Shown one piece after another: positions 33,891 through 46,340 of a stretch of DNA of 64,000 bases (position 1 is the stretch's first letter; the number at the start of each line of letters is the position of its first letter). This stretch comes from Isurus oxyrinchus (lineage: Eukaryota): NCBI GenBank assembly GCA_026770705.1, contig JANJGN010000052.1:1922001-1986000 (forward strand), read 5' to 3'. Under the pieces are notes generated by a model. That model was not told where the DNA came from. It was given only the letters and a program-made list of their open reading frames with translations, and made no database searches. A program made the translations under genes and the position numbers.

Positions 33891-34300
33891 CTGTGAAAGA
33901 GAAAGGAGTTAATGAGACCTCACCTCTTGTCCGACAGCTCTTAAGAGATCAGAACTGTTTTTGGACAATGTCTTGACAGACTAATTTGATTCTCTGTGGG
34001 ATGATAGGTGCTCTGCAGAGAGTTACAAGGCTTTAAGAAAGAAAAACATTAAAGGATTTGCATTTCTATAGCACCTTTCACCACCTCAAGACGTCCCAAA
34101 GCTCATGTCTCTGCAATTCCCTCATCCCTTGAGCTAGAAAGATGTTCTGTACAACAGACTTGAGTCTCACACCCAGATCTCAATAATCAGTAGAAATCTT
34201 TCAAAGGCATCAATCATTGGAATCTGTCTTTATAAAGTCACAACATCAACAAAGGACGGTGTTGGTGGTGGAAGTGAATTCCAATCGTTCCGTTACTTAC

Positions 34301-34445
34301 CCAGGACCTGTCCGACTGCTCGCCTGGGGAGGAACTGCCCACACGCTCTGCTTGGGCTGAATGACCTCTTCCTGTGCTGCTCCCTCTGTGTGTTTAATTA
34401 GAAAGGGTTGATGTGTCACTGTGAGACAAAATGAGGAAGTGGGTA
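34301..34445 (-). promoter_or_regulatory. Gene A putative non-coding first exon and promoter
   Basis: Donor G|GTAAGT at 34301; PU.1/ETS-type AAAATGAGGAAGTG at 34428-34441; block repeated before each gene. Confidence 0.55.
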
Positions 34446-34664
34446 ATCAGTGAGAAGATCGAGGATGTTTTGTGCTCTCAGCAAAACGTTTACCATGTGT
34501 GATCTGTCAGCTCATATTTGGGCAGCTGTAGTCATGAAGCTTCTCCATTGGCTCCGTGGGATTAGACTCCTCCCCCTTACCACAGAGGCTGAAACTCAGG
34601 CGATAGAGTCCCCAATACAGGTCTCGGGCCGTATGATACATTTCAACGACCCCTGTTATCATTA

Positions 34665-35685
34665 CGGAGGGAGTGCTGCACTGTCAGCGGGACTCTACTG
34701 TGGGAGTGCTGCACTGTGGGAGGGTCAGTAATGTGGGAGTGCTGCACTATCAGAGGGTCAGTAATGGGAGAGTGCTGCACTGTCAGAGGGTCAGTAATGA
34801 GGGAGTGCTGCACTGTCAGAGGGTCAGTAATGTGGGAGTGCTGCACTGTCAGAGGGTCAGTAATGAGGGAGTGCTGCACGGTCAGAGGTTCAGTACTGAG
34901 GGAGTGCTGCACTGTCAGAGGGTCAGTAATGTGGGAGTGCTGAACTGTCGGCGGGTCTGTATTGAGTGAGTTCCGCACAGTCAGAGGGTCAGTATTGAGG
35001 GGGTGCCGGACTGTGGGAGGGTTAGTACTGAGGTAGAGCCGAGTGTGAGAAGATATCCTTTCATGGCAAAGTTTAACTGGAATTTATTTAAACAGAATTC
35101 TTGTACTGTGTGTTATTGCAAAAGAAAGGATTTGAGGAACTAAGTCTTGTTCCCGTAAGCCTAAAAATAATTTTCACCGATTCAATGATTTAGCATTGAA
35201 ACCTCCCTCTTTGGGCACCAGTCTTGATTGAATCAACTCGAACAGCACCGTGGGAGGGTGAGTACTGAGGGAGTGCAGCACTGTGGGAGGGTGAGTACTG
35301 AGAGAGGGCTGCGCTGTGGGAGGGTGAGTACTGAGGGAGTGCTGCACTGTCAGAGAGTCTGTACTGAGGGAGTGCTGCACTGTCAGAAGGTGTGTACCGT
35401 GGGAGTGCTGAACTGTCGGAAGGTCAGTAGTGAGGGAGGGATACAGTGTCAGAGGATCAGTACTGAGGGAGTGCTGCACTGTGGATGGATGAGTACTGAG
35501 GGAGTGCTGCACTGTCAGATTGTCAGCCATGAGGGTGTGCTGCACTGTCAGAAGGTCAGTGCTGACAGGGTGCTGCACTTGAAAAGGGTCAATAATGAGG
35601 TAGTGCAGCACTGTCAGAGGGACAGTAATGAGGGAGCGCTGCACTGACCGAGGGTCAGGATTGAGGAAACGCTGCACTGTCAGTT
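34665..35685 (+). repeat. Two 33-bp minisatellite arrays (34665-35035, 35250-35685)
   Basis: Direct inspection. Confidence 0.9.
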
Positions 35686-36399
35686 CTGTGCGTGGTCTGC
35701 AATGTCCTAAGTGCATTCTAGGCACAGCCCAAGATTCCGCCTGATGTCTGTGTAACAACAACATCATGTACATGTCAAGAATAATTCTCACTGTGTTGGT
35801 GCAGCAAGACAGTTTTGGAATGGCACCACCACTGGCAGGAGTGTGCAGCTGCAATGTGACGTGTTTACATTGAAAATTTCCATTATAAAGATGGCCACAG
35901 GAATTCATCTGACTGGAAAAAGTGACAACATGAAATAATGTCTTTGAGCCAAGAATCTGGCAGCAAAATAAGAATTTTAATCCATAAGTATCTACAGAAA
36001 AGGCTGAACATTTTAATCACTTGTGTTAATCAATGTAATTTTATTCATAACCCAAATGCTTCTTACAATCTATCGCAGCATGAAAAAGGTGCAGCATTCA
36101 GAAAGCACATTCCAATCAGAGAACAGAGTTTAGCAACGTCACATTTCTGTTCATTCCTATTTGACCATGTTGGCTGCACACAGCCAGACAATGCCGTGGT
36201 TATGATGTGTCCACACAGCAGGACTGGGGAGCACCAGGTATAAGGAAAAGTTTCAGCTTGCTGAGGAGAAGAAGGAGAATCTCTCATTCCAGGTTTCTCT
36301 CCGTACATTAAGAAGCAGGCATGCCGATGTTTCATTGCACTCTGTCTGCTGATGGGAGTCCGCTTGGAAATTGTTGTTTGTGCTGATGGAAAGAATAAG

Positions 36400-37000
36400 C
36401 TTTTCATAAATGGAGGGATTGAGTACAAACACAGGGAGGTTATGCTGAACATTTATAAAGCTCTGGTTAGGTCACAGCTAGAGTATTGTGTCCAGTTCTG
36501 GTCTCCTCACTTTGGGAAGGAAGTGAGGGTCCTTGAGAGGGTGGGGAGGAGATTGAGCAGAATGGGTCCAGGGATGAGGGATTTTAGCTACAAGGTTGGG
36601 TTGGAGAAGCTGGGGTTGTTCTCCTTGGAGCAAAGGAGATTGAGGGGGGATCTGATCGAGGTGTACAAGATGATGATGGGTTTTGATACGGTAGACAAAG
36701 AGAAGCTGTTGCCATTAGCTGATGGGACAAGGACTGGGGGACACAGATTGAAGGTTGTGGGCAGTGGGGGGATGTGAGGAGGAACTTTTTTACACAGCGA
36801 GTGGTAATGAGCTGGAACTCGCTGCCTACGAGGATGGTGGAAGTGGAGACGATGAACGATTTCAAAAGGAAATTGGATGGACACTTGGAAATAAACTTGC
36901 AGGGATACGGGGATAGAGCGGGGGAATGGGACTGAGTGGATTGCTCTACACAGAGACAGCATAGACTTAATGGGCTGAATGGTCTCCTACTGTGCTGGAA
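36400..37000 (+). mobile_element. CR1 LINE 3' end
   Basis: YKALVRSQLEYCVQFWSP..RRLRGDLIEVYK. Confidence 0.9.
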
Positions 37001-37138
37001 TGCCTCTCTGATACGAAGGTGATTCTAACCAGGACACTGACCAGTTTGATTACAACTTAACACAACATCACACGTTATTTGTCCGCACTGACTGACCAGA
37101 TTGTTGCTTTACAAAGCTTCAAACAGTCTGTCGACTTC

Positions 37139-37258
37139 CTTTCACTGTTTGTCTCTCCCAGACACAGACTCCAGTGATAGTGATAACCACAGCCACAAGG
37201 AATATCACAGCTCGTATTCCCAGGATCAGGATCACATGCAGAATCTCTCCTCCACTGT
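37139..37258 (-). pseudogene. Gene B transmembrane exon with intramembrane Arg
   Basis: ttctctag acceptor; SGGEILHVILILGIRAVIFLVAVVITITGVCVWERQTVK; donor reads gaagtc, not gtaagt. Confidence 0.8.
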
Positions 37259-37639
37259 CTAGAGAACACACAGAAAGAAATCATCACTGACTCTCCGCTT
37301 TCAATCTCTCACTCTGGCTGAACAATCAAGCTTCATATCACTGCAACATTTGCTGTAATATTGACCCATCCACTGGGATTCAATGTGGAATGAATGTTTT
37401 CATTGTAAACACTCTAAGAGTGGACAATCGGAACTTTCCCCTCAGCGTGGAACATTGGTGAGAATGGATCATTGTGCTGTTGGACTCCCTGTCCAATGTT
37501 ACTCTCCATCGCTGTGTACAGGATTGTGCTGTAGAAAATTCTGGAAACGTTTAGTGCAGGGTGGAAATCCATCTCGGACGCGTGTGCGAATCGAGCAGAA
37601 TCGAGATGGACTCCCCCACGGACTTACACCCCCCGCTTA

Positions 37640-38015
37640 ATAAACAGTTCCAATCTTTACCCAGAGAGAGGGGAGAATGTGGAACTCACTCCCACAGGGA
37701 TTGGTTGAGGTGAACAGTATCGATGTATTTAAGGGGCAGGAGGGTCGGTAACCAGAGGGACACAGATTGACCAACTGGAGGGGGAGATGAGGAGAATTTG
37801 TTTTGACAGAGCGAGTTGTTGTGATCTGGAAGGTGCTGCCTGAAAGGGCGGTGGAAGCAGATTCAATAGGAACTTTCAAAAGGGAAATTGGATAAACACT
37901 TGAAGGAGGAAGATGGGGTAAAGTGGAGTGGTGGTTAGTGGATCTGATTGGATAGAACATTGAAAGACCTGGCACAGGCACAGTGGGCTGAATGGCCTCC
38001 TCCTGTGCTGTATCA
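37640..38015 (+). mobile_element. CR1 LINE 3' fragments
   Basis: tggaactcact..; tail gggctgaatggcctcctcctgtgctg. Confidence 0.7.
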
Positions 38016-40048
38016 TTCTCCACTTCCATGATCTCTCCCCCAGTCAGTAACCACTCCAGATCCCTCTTGAAGGCGACAGAGAAACAGGAACTACCACACC
38101 CACTGACAGCACATTCTCAAGGATCCCTACTTTCTGGGAAAAGATGAACTCCCCAACATCCAGCCTATTCCTGCTTCCCAGAGAGTGTAAACCCTTCAGG
38201 GAGGCACTGAGGAAGTTTTCAATAAAATGAATTATCAAATCTATCATTTGAGAAATAATTTAATTCTGATGAACTCACAGCTTGTGTAGCAAACTGGGAA
38301 GTGGAGTTGCTTGAAAAGCTGGGAAACACAAGGATTAAGTGCTACAATGCCACCACTGGTGGGAGACTGTAACTACAGCGTGACGTTTACATAGGCAGTC
38401 ATCATTATAAACAGGGGCATTGGACATACTGGGAAATATGTGCACTGGAAAGGTGAGTAAATGATGTAAGATTTTCACCAGCAGGAATTCTCTAACTAAA
38501 CCTCTCCACTTCTCTCTTACTCTCAGATACACAAACAAAATCACACAGAATCAGATAAGGAGGAGTTGGGGCCGGTGATTGTTCGAAGGGTTAGCTTTCA
38601 GGAAGCTTCTTAAAGGGAGAGAGAGAGTTGGAGAGGCAGAGAGTATCTGTGAGTGTCTCTATGCATCTGAGTGTCTGTAATAGACTTTGTAATTTCCATT
38701 TCTTCCATAAACATGATTGGGAACACAAATCCCAGAATCCAGGCCAACTCTCCAGTGCAGTACTCAGGTAAGCCACAGGGCAGTGTGTGCTAGTGTGTTT
38801 GTTCGTGAGTGTGTCTTTGTAATTGCTCATACATGTGTGTCTGCACGTGTCTATTTAGTTCTGTATATTTGTGTGTGTTTGTGCAATGTTTGAATCTGCG
38901 AGAGATGTTGAAGTCTGTGTAACTCACGTTCCACACTGATGGTTATGAACCCCTCCACTGCTCCATGTTCATTCTCTGCCACACACTGATAGTCTCCAGT
39001 GTCCCGATATGTAATGGGAGGAATCACCAACCACAGCTCATTGTTGGAACTTGTTCTGTTCATTTGGACATTAAGATGTCAGGGCAGGAATCAAGAAGCC
39101 CGTTCGCAGGATTACCAACAGAAAGTGAACCACAATTTATACTTAATGGGAAGAGAGTGCTGATTGGTTGGCAAGTGGTCTCTGATAGGTGGAGGTGTTG
39201 CCATGGAGAATGGTGTGTGCGAGATGTAAACTTTAGACAGCTTGTCTCTTTATTCAGTAATAATCAAATAAAGATCAATTAACTTCAATCGACTGTGAAG
39301 CACTTTGAGAGGTCTGAGAATGTGGACACTGAGAACGGGCTGCACTGTCAGAGGGTCAGCGCTGAGGGAGTGCTGATGTAGAATGAAAGGTGTATGTACT
39401 TACCTTGCACAGTTAGTACGAGGGTCCGCTCCGATGAAACAGATGGATATCTCACTCTGCAGCTGAGTGTGTGTCCGTGGTGTTTGAGTGATGGGATCAG
39501 GGTCAGAACAGAAGTATAGGTCAGAGTGACACCATGCTGAGTTACAGTGTTTGAGACTGATCCAGGTACGTCAGTGGGAGTGTCCCAGGTTAAGACAGGT
39601 GCTGCTGTTCCATTGCACGTTGTGTTGAAGGTGCAGCTTACATCCACAGGCTTTCCTGCAATAATTTCAGCAGGGAATATCATGGGTTTATCTGTGGAAT
39701 CTAACAGACAGAAAATGGATCCTTTTAGAGAAATATAACGTGAAGCATCAGTTCAAATAGAAACCACAGTCCCACAAGAGAAAGCACTTTTACAAGGATG
39801 ATATCAGAACTGAGAGGTTACAATGATCAGGAAAGATTTTCTTGCTCTTTGGCAGTTGTGTTTCTGTCTCTCAGCTTAATACACGTTCACTCCGAGACAT
39901 GTGAATTGAGAACACTGGATGAGAGAAGAGGCTCAGACCAGAGATTGGAGTTAAAAGCAGAATACTGCGGATGCTGGAAATCTGAAACAAAAACAAAAAT
40001 TGCTGGAAAGACTAAGCAGGTCTGACAGTATCAGTGGGGAGGAAGACA

Positions 40049-40087
40049 GGGTTAACGTTTCGAGTCCGTATGACTCTTCATCAGACC
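40049..40087 (-). ncRNA. Minimal type I hammerhead ribozyme motif in a Penelope-derived insertion
   Basis: GGT-CTGATGA-A-GAGTC-ATACG-GACTC-GAAA-CGTTA-ACC; insertion 39944-40080 flanked by the direct repeat TCAGACCAGAG. Confidence 0.7.
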
Positions 40088-42127
40088 AGAGGTTTGAGTT
40101 CACTGGCTTCTCATTTCCTCAGTGATCTGGGTGATTTAGCACCTTGTGGTTTGTTGGATCTTGCTGTGCACAAACTGCCTGCTGTGTTTTACATCTGTGA
40201 CCACAATTCAGGAATAATTTCATTGGCTGTGAATGGATTTGGATCCTCCTGAGGTGGTAAATTGCGCTGCAGAAATGCACATCATTCTTTTATCGATACG
40301 TCAGACTTTTAAACAGGACAGGAGAGATTGATGGGAGTGGATAACCTGATAATACAGTTAATGCTTTTAATCATTGATATTAAAGTGAGTATTAGAGGTT
40401 GCTTTAGGACTGAACTGGAAGCTATCACCAGGTTATTGAGAATCAGACAGTGTGTTATAATAAGCTGTGTTTTGTGTTAATATGTAAACGTCACAGTTTG
40501 TGTTATTTCCCATTGAGTGTTGAATGTGAATTGTTGAGTAATTATAACACAGCACTTACCAGAAACATGAAGCTGGGTTACAGGGTAATAGTTATGGCTC
40601 GGACCATTGTCAAATTCTATTCTGAAAAAATAAGGTCCTGCATCTTCCCGTCTGATGTTGTTTATAATCAGGGAACAGTCGCCATCTTTCAGGTCTCCAG
40701 ACAGCCTGGTCCGATGGTGGAATCTTTGATCCCTGTGACTGTGACCCTCGGAATGAAAGGCTATAGACCATTTCGGCTGTGGGTTCCCATCTATTCCTTT
40801 CAAGCAGATTCCGACACGTGATCTCCCTACGAAATTTGATAAGTAACTGTAATGACATGGAATCTGTACACACGAACCATCCTGCGCTGTCACCTCTCGT
40901 GAAGTGTCGCCTTTTCAATCTTGTGACAGTCCAACTATGGAGAGAAATGTCAATATTTAACTCTGGAAGGTTTGTAGATCCACTAGACTCGATATCCACC
41001 CCCTCCATCACTGGGGCTCAGTGGCTGCAGTGTGGACCATCTACAGGACACACAAGGAACTCCCCAAGGTTTCACAACGGATGGAAGAGAATCCTGGACA
41101 CAGGAGTGGACAAGTTCATTCTACATTGGCTCATGGTGCTCAGGACCCTGTTTAGTGAAGCCAGTCTTCCACCCAACACAGAGTCTACAAGACACACAGG
41201 GAAACTGTGTAAACATCTCATCTCTCTAAACTGACTGGTTTGAGCTTCGGTTTAACTTTCAGTATTTTTAAATTTCCATATTGTGGTTGCTATGGTGAAA
41301 CTGTGCAGGAAGTGTGAGGGCTGGACTCTCTGTCTATTCTGACTGCAGCTGTGATGTGGTCGTGGTGATTCTCAGTAAAATGAAACCCTCTGAGCTCCTC
41401 CATCCCCGAGGTTTAGGGAGTGAATTCCAGAGCTCAGGCCCCAGGCAGCTGAAGGCCCGGCCGCCAGTATTGGAGTGATGGGAATCGGGGGATGGTCAAG
41501 AGGCCGGAATTGGAGTAACACAGAGATCTGGGAAGTTGTTTGTGTGAGTTGCAGGAGGTTACAGAGATAAAGAGATAAGAATGATCTTTTACAAAGACTG
41601 TTAAACATAAATCTGTCCGAGCTGATGATGATATTACCTTGGAGAAGTGACAGGTGGAAGTAAGATTTCCCGACCATCGTCCACTCCCAGATATTCCATC
41701 CACTTCTCACTCTCAAACTGTGAAAGAGAAAGGAGTTAATGAGACCTCACCTCTTGTCCGACAGCTCTCGAGAGATCAGAACTGCTTTTAGACAATGTCT
41801 TCATAGACTAATTTGATTCTCTGTGGGATGATAGGTGCTCTGCAGAGAGTTACAAGTCTTTAAGTAAGACAAACAATGATTGATTTGCATTTCTATAGCA
41901 CCTTTCACTATCTCAGGGCATCCCAAAGCTCATGTCTCTGCAGTTCCCTCATCCCTTGAGCTAGAAAGATGTTCTGTACAACAGACTTGAGTCTCACACC
42001 CAGAATTCAATAATCAGTAAAAATCTTTCAAAGGCATCAATCATTGGAATCTGTCTTTATAAAGTCACAACATCAACAAAGGACAGTGTTGGTGGTGGAA
42101 GTGAATTCCAATCATTCCGTTACTTAC

Positions 42128-42270
42128 CCAGGACCTGTCCGACTGCTCGCCTGGGGAGGAACTGCCCACACGCTCTGCTTGGGCTGAATGACCTCTTCCT
42201 GTGCTGCTCCCTATTTGTGTTTAATTAAAAAGGGTGCCTGTGTCACTGTGAGTCAAAATGAGGAAGTGCT
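42128..42270 (-). promoter_or_regulatory. Gene B putative first exon and promoter
   Basis: Donor at 42128; TGAGTCA (AP-1) abutting AAAATGAGGAAGTG (PU.1/ETS). Confidence 0.55.
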
Positions 42271-42369
42271 TGGTACCAAGTGAGAAAGCAACTCTTTGCC
42301 TCGCACTGTTAGAAAACTGTTAACCCTTTGCATGCCAATAATGTGGTTGAAGGGCCATCGACTGTTCAT

Positions 42370-43605
42370 ATGCAACAAGCTCGAGGGTTTGAATGGGCCT
42401 CCTCCTGTTCCTGTGTAACAGGCTCGAGGGGTCTAAATGGGCCTCCTCCTGTTCCAGTGTGACATGATTGTGTGGCTGATTAAGCCTCCCCCTGTTCCTG
42501 TGTAACAGTCTTTGGCAGGGCTGAATGTGCCTCCTCCTGTTCCTGTGTAACAGGCTCCAGGTGCTGAATGCCCTCCCCCTGTCCTTGTGTAACAGGCTCG
42601 AGTGTCCGAATAGGCCTCCTCCTGTTCCTGTGTAACAGGCTCAAGAGGCTGAATGGATCTCCTTGTTTTCCTGTGTTACAGGTTAGATGGTCTGAATGGG
42701 CCACCTCCTGTTCCTGTGTAACAGGTTCAAGGGGACAGAATGGGCCTCCTCCTGTTCCTGTGTAACAGCATCATGGGGCTGAATGGGCCTCCACCTGTTC
42801 CTATCTAACAGGCTTGAGTGGCTGAATGGGCCTCCTCCTGTTCCTGTGTAACAGGCTTGATGGGGCTAAATGGAGCCCCTAATGTTCCTGTGTAACAAGC
42901 TTGTGGAGGCTGAATGGGTCTCCTGTACCTGTGTAACAGGCTCAAGGGGACAGAATGGGCCTCCTCCTGTTCCTGTGTAACAGGCTCGAGGGAACAGAAT
43001 GGGCCTCCTCCTTTTCCTGTGTAACAGGCACGAGGGACTGAATGGGTTTCCTATTCCTGTGTAAGTGGGTTGAGAGACTGAATGTCCTCTTCCTGTTCCT
43101 GGGTAACAGGCTCGAGGAGCTGAGACTCTCTCCTGTTCCTGTGGAAGGGTGTTGAGGGACTGAATGTCCTTTTCCTGTTCCTGTATAATAGGCTCAAGAG
43201 GCTGATGGGCTTTCTCCTGTCCTCATGTAACAGGCTTGAGTGGCTGAATGGTCCTCCTCCTGTTCCTGTGTAACAGGCTTGAGGGAATGAATGGGCCTCC
43301 TCCTGTTCCTGTGTAACAAGCTCGAGGGGGCTGAATGGGCCTCCTCCTGTTCCTGTGTAACAGGCTTGAGGGAATGAATGGGCCTCCTCCTGTTCCTGTG
43401 TAACAGGTTCGAGGGGGCTGAATGGCCTCCTGCTGTTCCTGTGTAACAGGATCAAGAGGCTGAATGGGCCTCCTCCTGTTCCTGTGTAACAGGCTCGAGG
43501 GGGCTGAATGGGCCTCCTCCTGTTCCTGTGTAACAGGCTCGAGGGGCTGAATGGCCTCCTGCTGTTCCTGTGTAACAGGATCAAGAGGCTGAATGTCCTC
43601 CTGTC
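42370..43605 (+). repeat. 43-44-bp minisatellite resembling the CR1 3' tail
   Basis: AGGGGCTGAATGGGCCTCCTCCTGTTCCTGTGTAACAGGCTCG units. Confidence 0.9.
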
Positions 43606-43606
43606 A

Positions 43607-43825
43607 TTAAAAATAAATACTGCAGATGCTGTAAATCTGAAATAAAAACAGAAAATGCTGCATTAACTCAGCAGGTCTGGTAGCAGCTGTGGAGAGAGAA
43701 ACAGACTTCTTGCTTATAGACTCTGAAGAAGGGTCATACGGACTCGAAATGTTAATTCCGTTTATCTCTGCACAGATGCTGCCAGACCTACTCAGTTTCT
43801 CCAGCATTTTCTGTTTTTGTATCAG
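43607..43825. mobile_element. Inverted pair of Penelope terminal repeats with a hammerhead core (43722-43755)
   Basis: AAAAACAGAAAATGCTG... versus ...CAGCATTTTCTGTTTTT; CTGAAGA-AGGGTC-ATACG-GACTC-GAAA. Confidence 0.7.
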
Positions 43826-43989
43826 GTGCCCTCTTGTTCCTGTGTAGCAGGTTCGAGGGGGCTGAATGGCCTCCTCCTGTTCCTATTCAATGGGCAGTCA
43901 AAGAATGTCTGATTGGACCTCGAACCCAATTCTGTCCTCAGGACATTGACAGAAGGAGAGACCAGTTACAGGTTAATGCCGGAGGATTA

Positions 43990-43995
43990 TTTATT
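43990..43995 (-). terminator. AATAAA for the 44937 terminal exon (paralogue at 61273-61278)
   Basis: tttatt conserved in both copies near the edge of the homology block. Confidence 0.5.
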
Positions 43996-44936
43996 TTCCC
44001 AATCTTTTATCCAAGTATCTCATCAAACACAGAGCAGAACCAGGATCAAGGATGTTGGTCTCTGTGATCTGTAACACATCGCACAGTCCACCCATCCACT
44101 CAGCCTTCAGGATGGATGCTCATTGTACTCTCCAAGTGTGAAAGACTAAAATGATGGTTTATTGCAGCTATATCTCATTCTGTTATCAAAGCTGTCTCAT
44201 CCATCCATGACATATTGAAGAAGGTAAACCTGCAACCAATTTTTCACATCATAATTTCCTATGTTCATTGGCAACATCAATGTAAACATGTCACGCTGAA
44301 ATGATGTCCTGCCACCAGTGGTGGCACTGTAGCACATCTGTTATCCTCTGAGCTGCAGAGAATTTCTCAAATCTCCAATCAAATTGTTTCCCTGTTTCCG
44401 GGATTGCTGATGGTTTTGCTCTTTAACGATGAAGTGTAAAATCCAAATATATATCTGAAAATACATTTGACTACAAAAAGCTGAGTAAATTTTACCAATC
44501 TCTTCTGCTCCAATTATCCACCGATCCTGCATTTCCTGAAGTCTACACTGGCTGATGAATATTCTGTAAACACTGACAGACAGGAAGGTGAATAACAGAA
44601 TGAAAATTAACTCATAATCAAGGACACGGGATTGAATTTGTCCGTTCTGTACTGGTACATCATCGAACGATATCTAAAGACATTTACAATCAGATTGGAG
44701 AGAAGGATGTTTCCAACAGTGAGGGACAATTCTGAAGGAGGATGTTCGAATTGAAACCGACAGACAATCATCCTGGATAGATCATTCCAAAGAAATTCCA
44801 TCACATTGTAACAAGAGGTTTAAATCCATTTCCTGGGAGTGAGTTCCTGTGGATATTAGGAAGGTAAATTGGAGTTTTGAATGATTCTCCCGTTCTGTAT
44901 TCTCCCCACACTGTGTGTGTCTCATTCTTGCTCAGT

Positions 44937-45053
44937 TTATAAATTCCCATAAACAGAATCCTTGGCAAATTCACAGTTTGCGTAAAGATCATCATCTGTA
45001 TCAGGATTGACTCCGCGGTTAGATTTCATTTCCAGATCCTTCTCATCTTTCTT
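44937..45053 (-). CDS. Terminal cytoplasmic exon, third type (gene C locus)
   Basis: Acceptor tttctattacag, phase 0; KKDEKDLEMKSNRGVNPDTDDDLYANCEFAKDSVYGNL*. Confidence 0.75.
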   Translation of the reverse strand, partial: KKDEKDLEMKSNRGVNPDTDDDLYANCEFAKDSVYGNL

Positions 45054-45164
45054 CTGTAATAGAAACAGAAATGATCAGAGTGACAATCAGAGTGATCAGT
45101 GTTTAGTATTATTGATCCAAATCGAAAATTCCACCTACAATACATACATTAATTATTGACACTG

Positions 45165-45458
45165 AACAGGGTTTGATTATTGATACTGAACGGGGTTTGA
45201 TTATTGATTCTGAAGAGGGTTTGATTATTGATACTGAACAGGGTTTGATTATTGATACTGAATGGAGTTTGATTATTGATTCTGAACGGGGTTTGATTAT
45301 TGATTCTGAACGGGGTTTGATTATTGATACTGAACGGGGTTTGATTATTGATTCTGAACGGTGTTTGATTATTGATTCTGAACGGGGTTTGATTATTGAT
45401 ACTGAACGGGGTTTGATTATTGATTCTGAACGGGTTTTGATTATTGATTCTGAACGGT
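45165..45458. repeat. 24-bp tandem repeat (about 12 copies)
   Basis: GTTTGATTATTGATWCTGAACGGG. Confidence 0.92.
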
Positions 45459-45590
45459 GTTGGGTGTGAGTTTGGTTGGGTTTAAGAGTGACTGTATATA
45501 ACATTGCAGATACAGGACTGGAGCAGCCATATCAATAACCAGGCTACTGGAGCAGCTGAGAGGCTGGGGATCCTGTGGTGTGTGACTCAC

Positions 45591-45695
45591 CTGATTCCTC
45601 AAAGCCCAACCACGCTCACAGTTTTCATAAACAGGACCTCGATATTCATCAACACGGTGGTTCGATTTGATTCCTGCTTTCCCCTCGCCTCTCTT
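45591..45695 (-). CDS. Putative internal cytoplasmic exon with VYENC motif
   Basis: Acceptor ctctattacag like the terminal exon; KRGEGKAGIKSNHRVDEYRGPVYENCE..; candidate donors after 45620 and 45591. Confidence 0.55.
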
Positions 45696-46044
45696 CTGTA
45701 ATAGAGATGGAAATGGACAGAGTGACAATCAACATGATGTGTATTCGGTGTTGGGTTTGATTACTGGGGAGAGAGTTCCAGATTTCCACTCCCCTTTGTG
45801 TGAAGAAGTGCTTCCTGACATCACCCCTGAATGGCCTGGCTCCAATCTGAAGTTCCAGCCCCCTTGTTCTGGACTCCACCCGACCCCCACCACCCACCCC
45901 CACCCGAGGGAATAGCTTCTCTCTATCGACCCTATCGAGTGTTTAATCAGTTTGAACCCCTCAATTAGATCCCTCCTTAATCTTCTAGACCCGAGGGAAT
46001 ATAATCATAGACTGTGTGTAACCTGTCTGCATAATTTAACCAGA

Positions 46045-46340
46045 AAGATGTTCTGTACAACAGACTTGAGTCTCACACCCAGATCTCAATAATCAGTAGA
46101 AATCTTTCAAAGGCATCAATCATTGGAATCTGTCTTTATAAAGTCACAACATCAACAAAGGACGGTGTTGGTGGTGGAAATGAATTCCAATCGTTCCATT
46201 ACTTACCCAGGACCTGTCCGACTGCTTGCCTGGGGAGGAACTGCCCATACGCTCTGCTTGGGCTGAATGACCTCTTCCTGTGCTGCTCCCTCTGTGTATT
46301 TAATGAGAAAGGGTTGATGTGTCTCTGTGAGTCAAATCAG
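46045..46340 (-). other. Orphan copy of the first-exon/promoter block inside gene C
   Basis: Near-identical to 34140-34430; donor at 46207; PU.1 site missing. Confidence 0.75.

Larger units (their letters stand above)
36038..42270 (-). pseudogene. Gene B: activating-type Siglec pseudogene (leader-V-C2-C2-TM with Arg)
   Basis: Leader 41638-41677; V 40560-40934 with TGA at 40915-40917; C2 39404-39700; truncated C2 38928-39080; TM 37139-37258; putative last exon about 36040-36382 with AATAAA at 36038-36043. Confidence 0.85.

Noticed and set aside
36063-36452. 129-aa ORF as a real gene B tail
   Set aside because: It starts in CR1 sequence, the upstream donor is broken, and it has no recognisable motif; only the acceptor at about 36383 and the polyA signal are suggestive.
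37075-37287. Cys-rich 70-aa ORF
   Set aside because: Alternative frame of the TM exon; the phase-1 frame gives a clear hydrophobic helix.
44607-44995. ORF-track proteins MMIFTQTV.. (also 62102-62296) and MMEFLW..
   Set aside because: Wrong frame or 3' UTR; the splice-acceptor frame yields the Tyr-motif tail.
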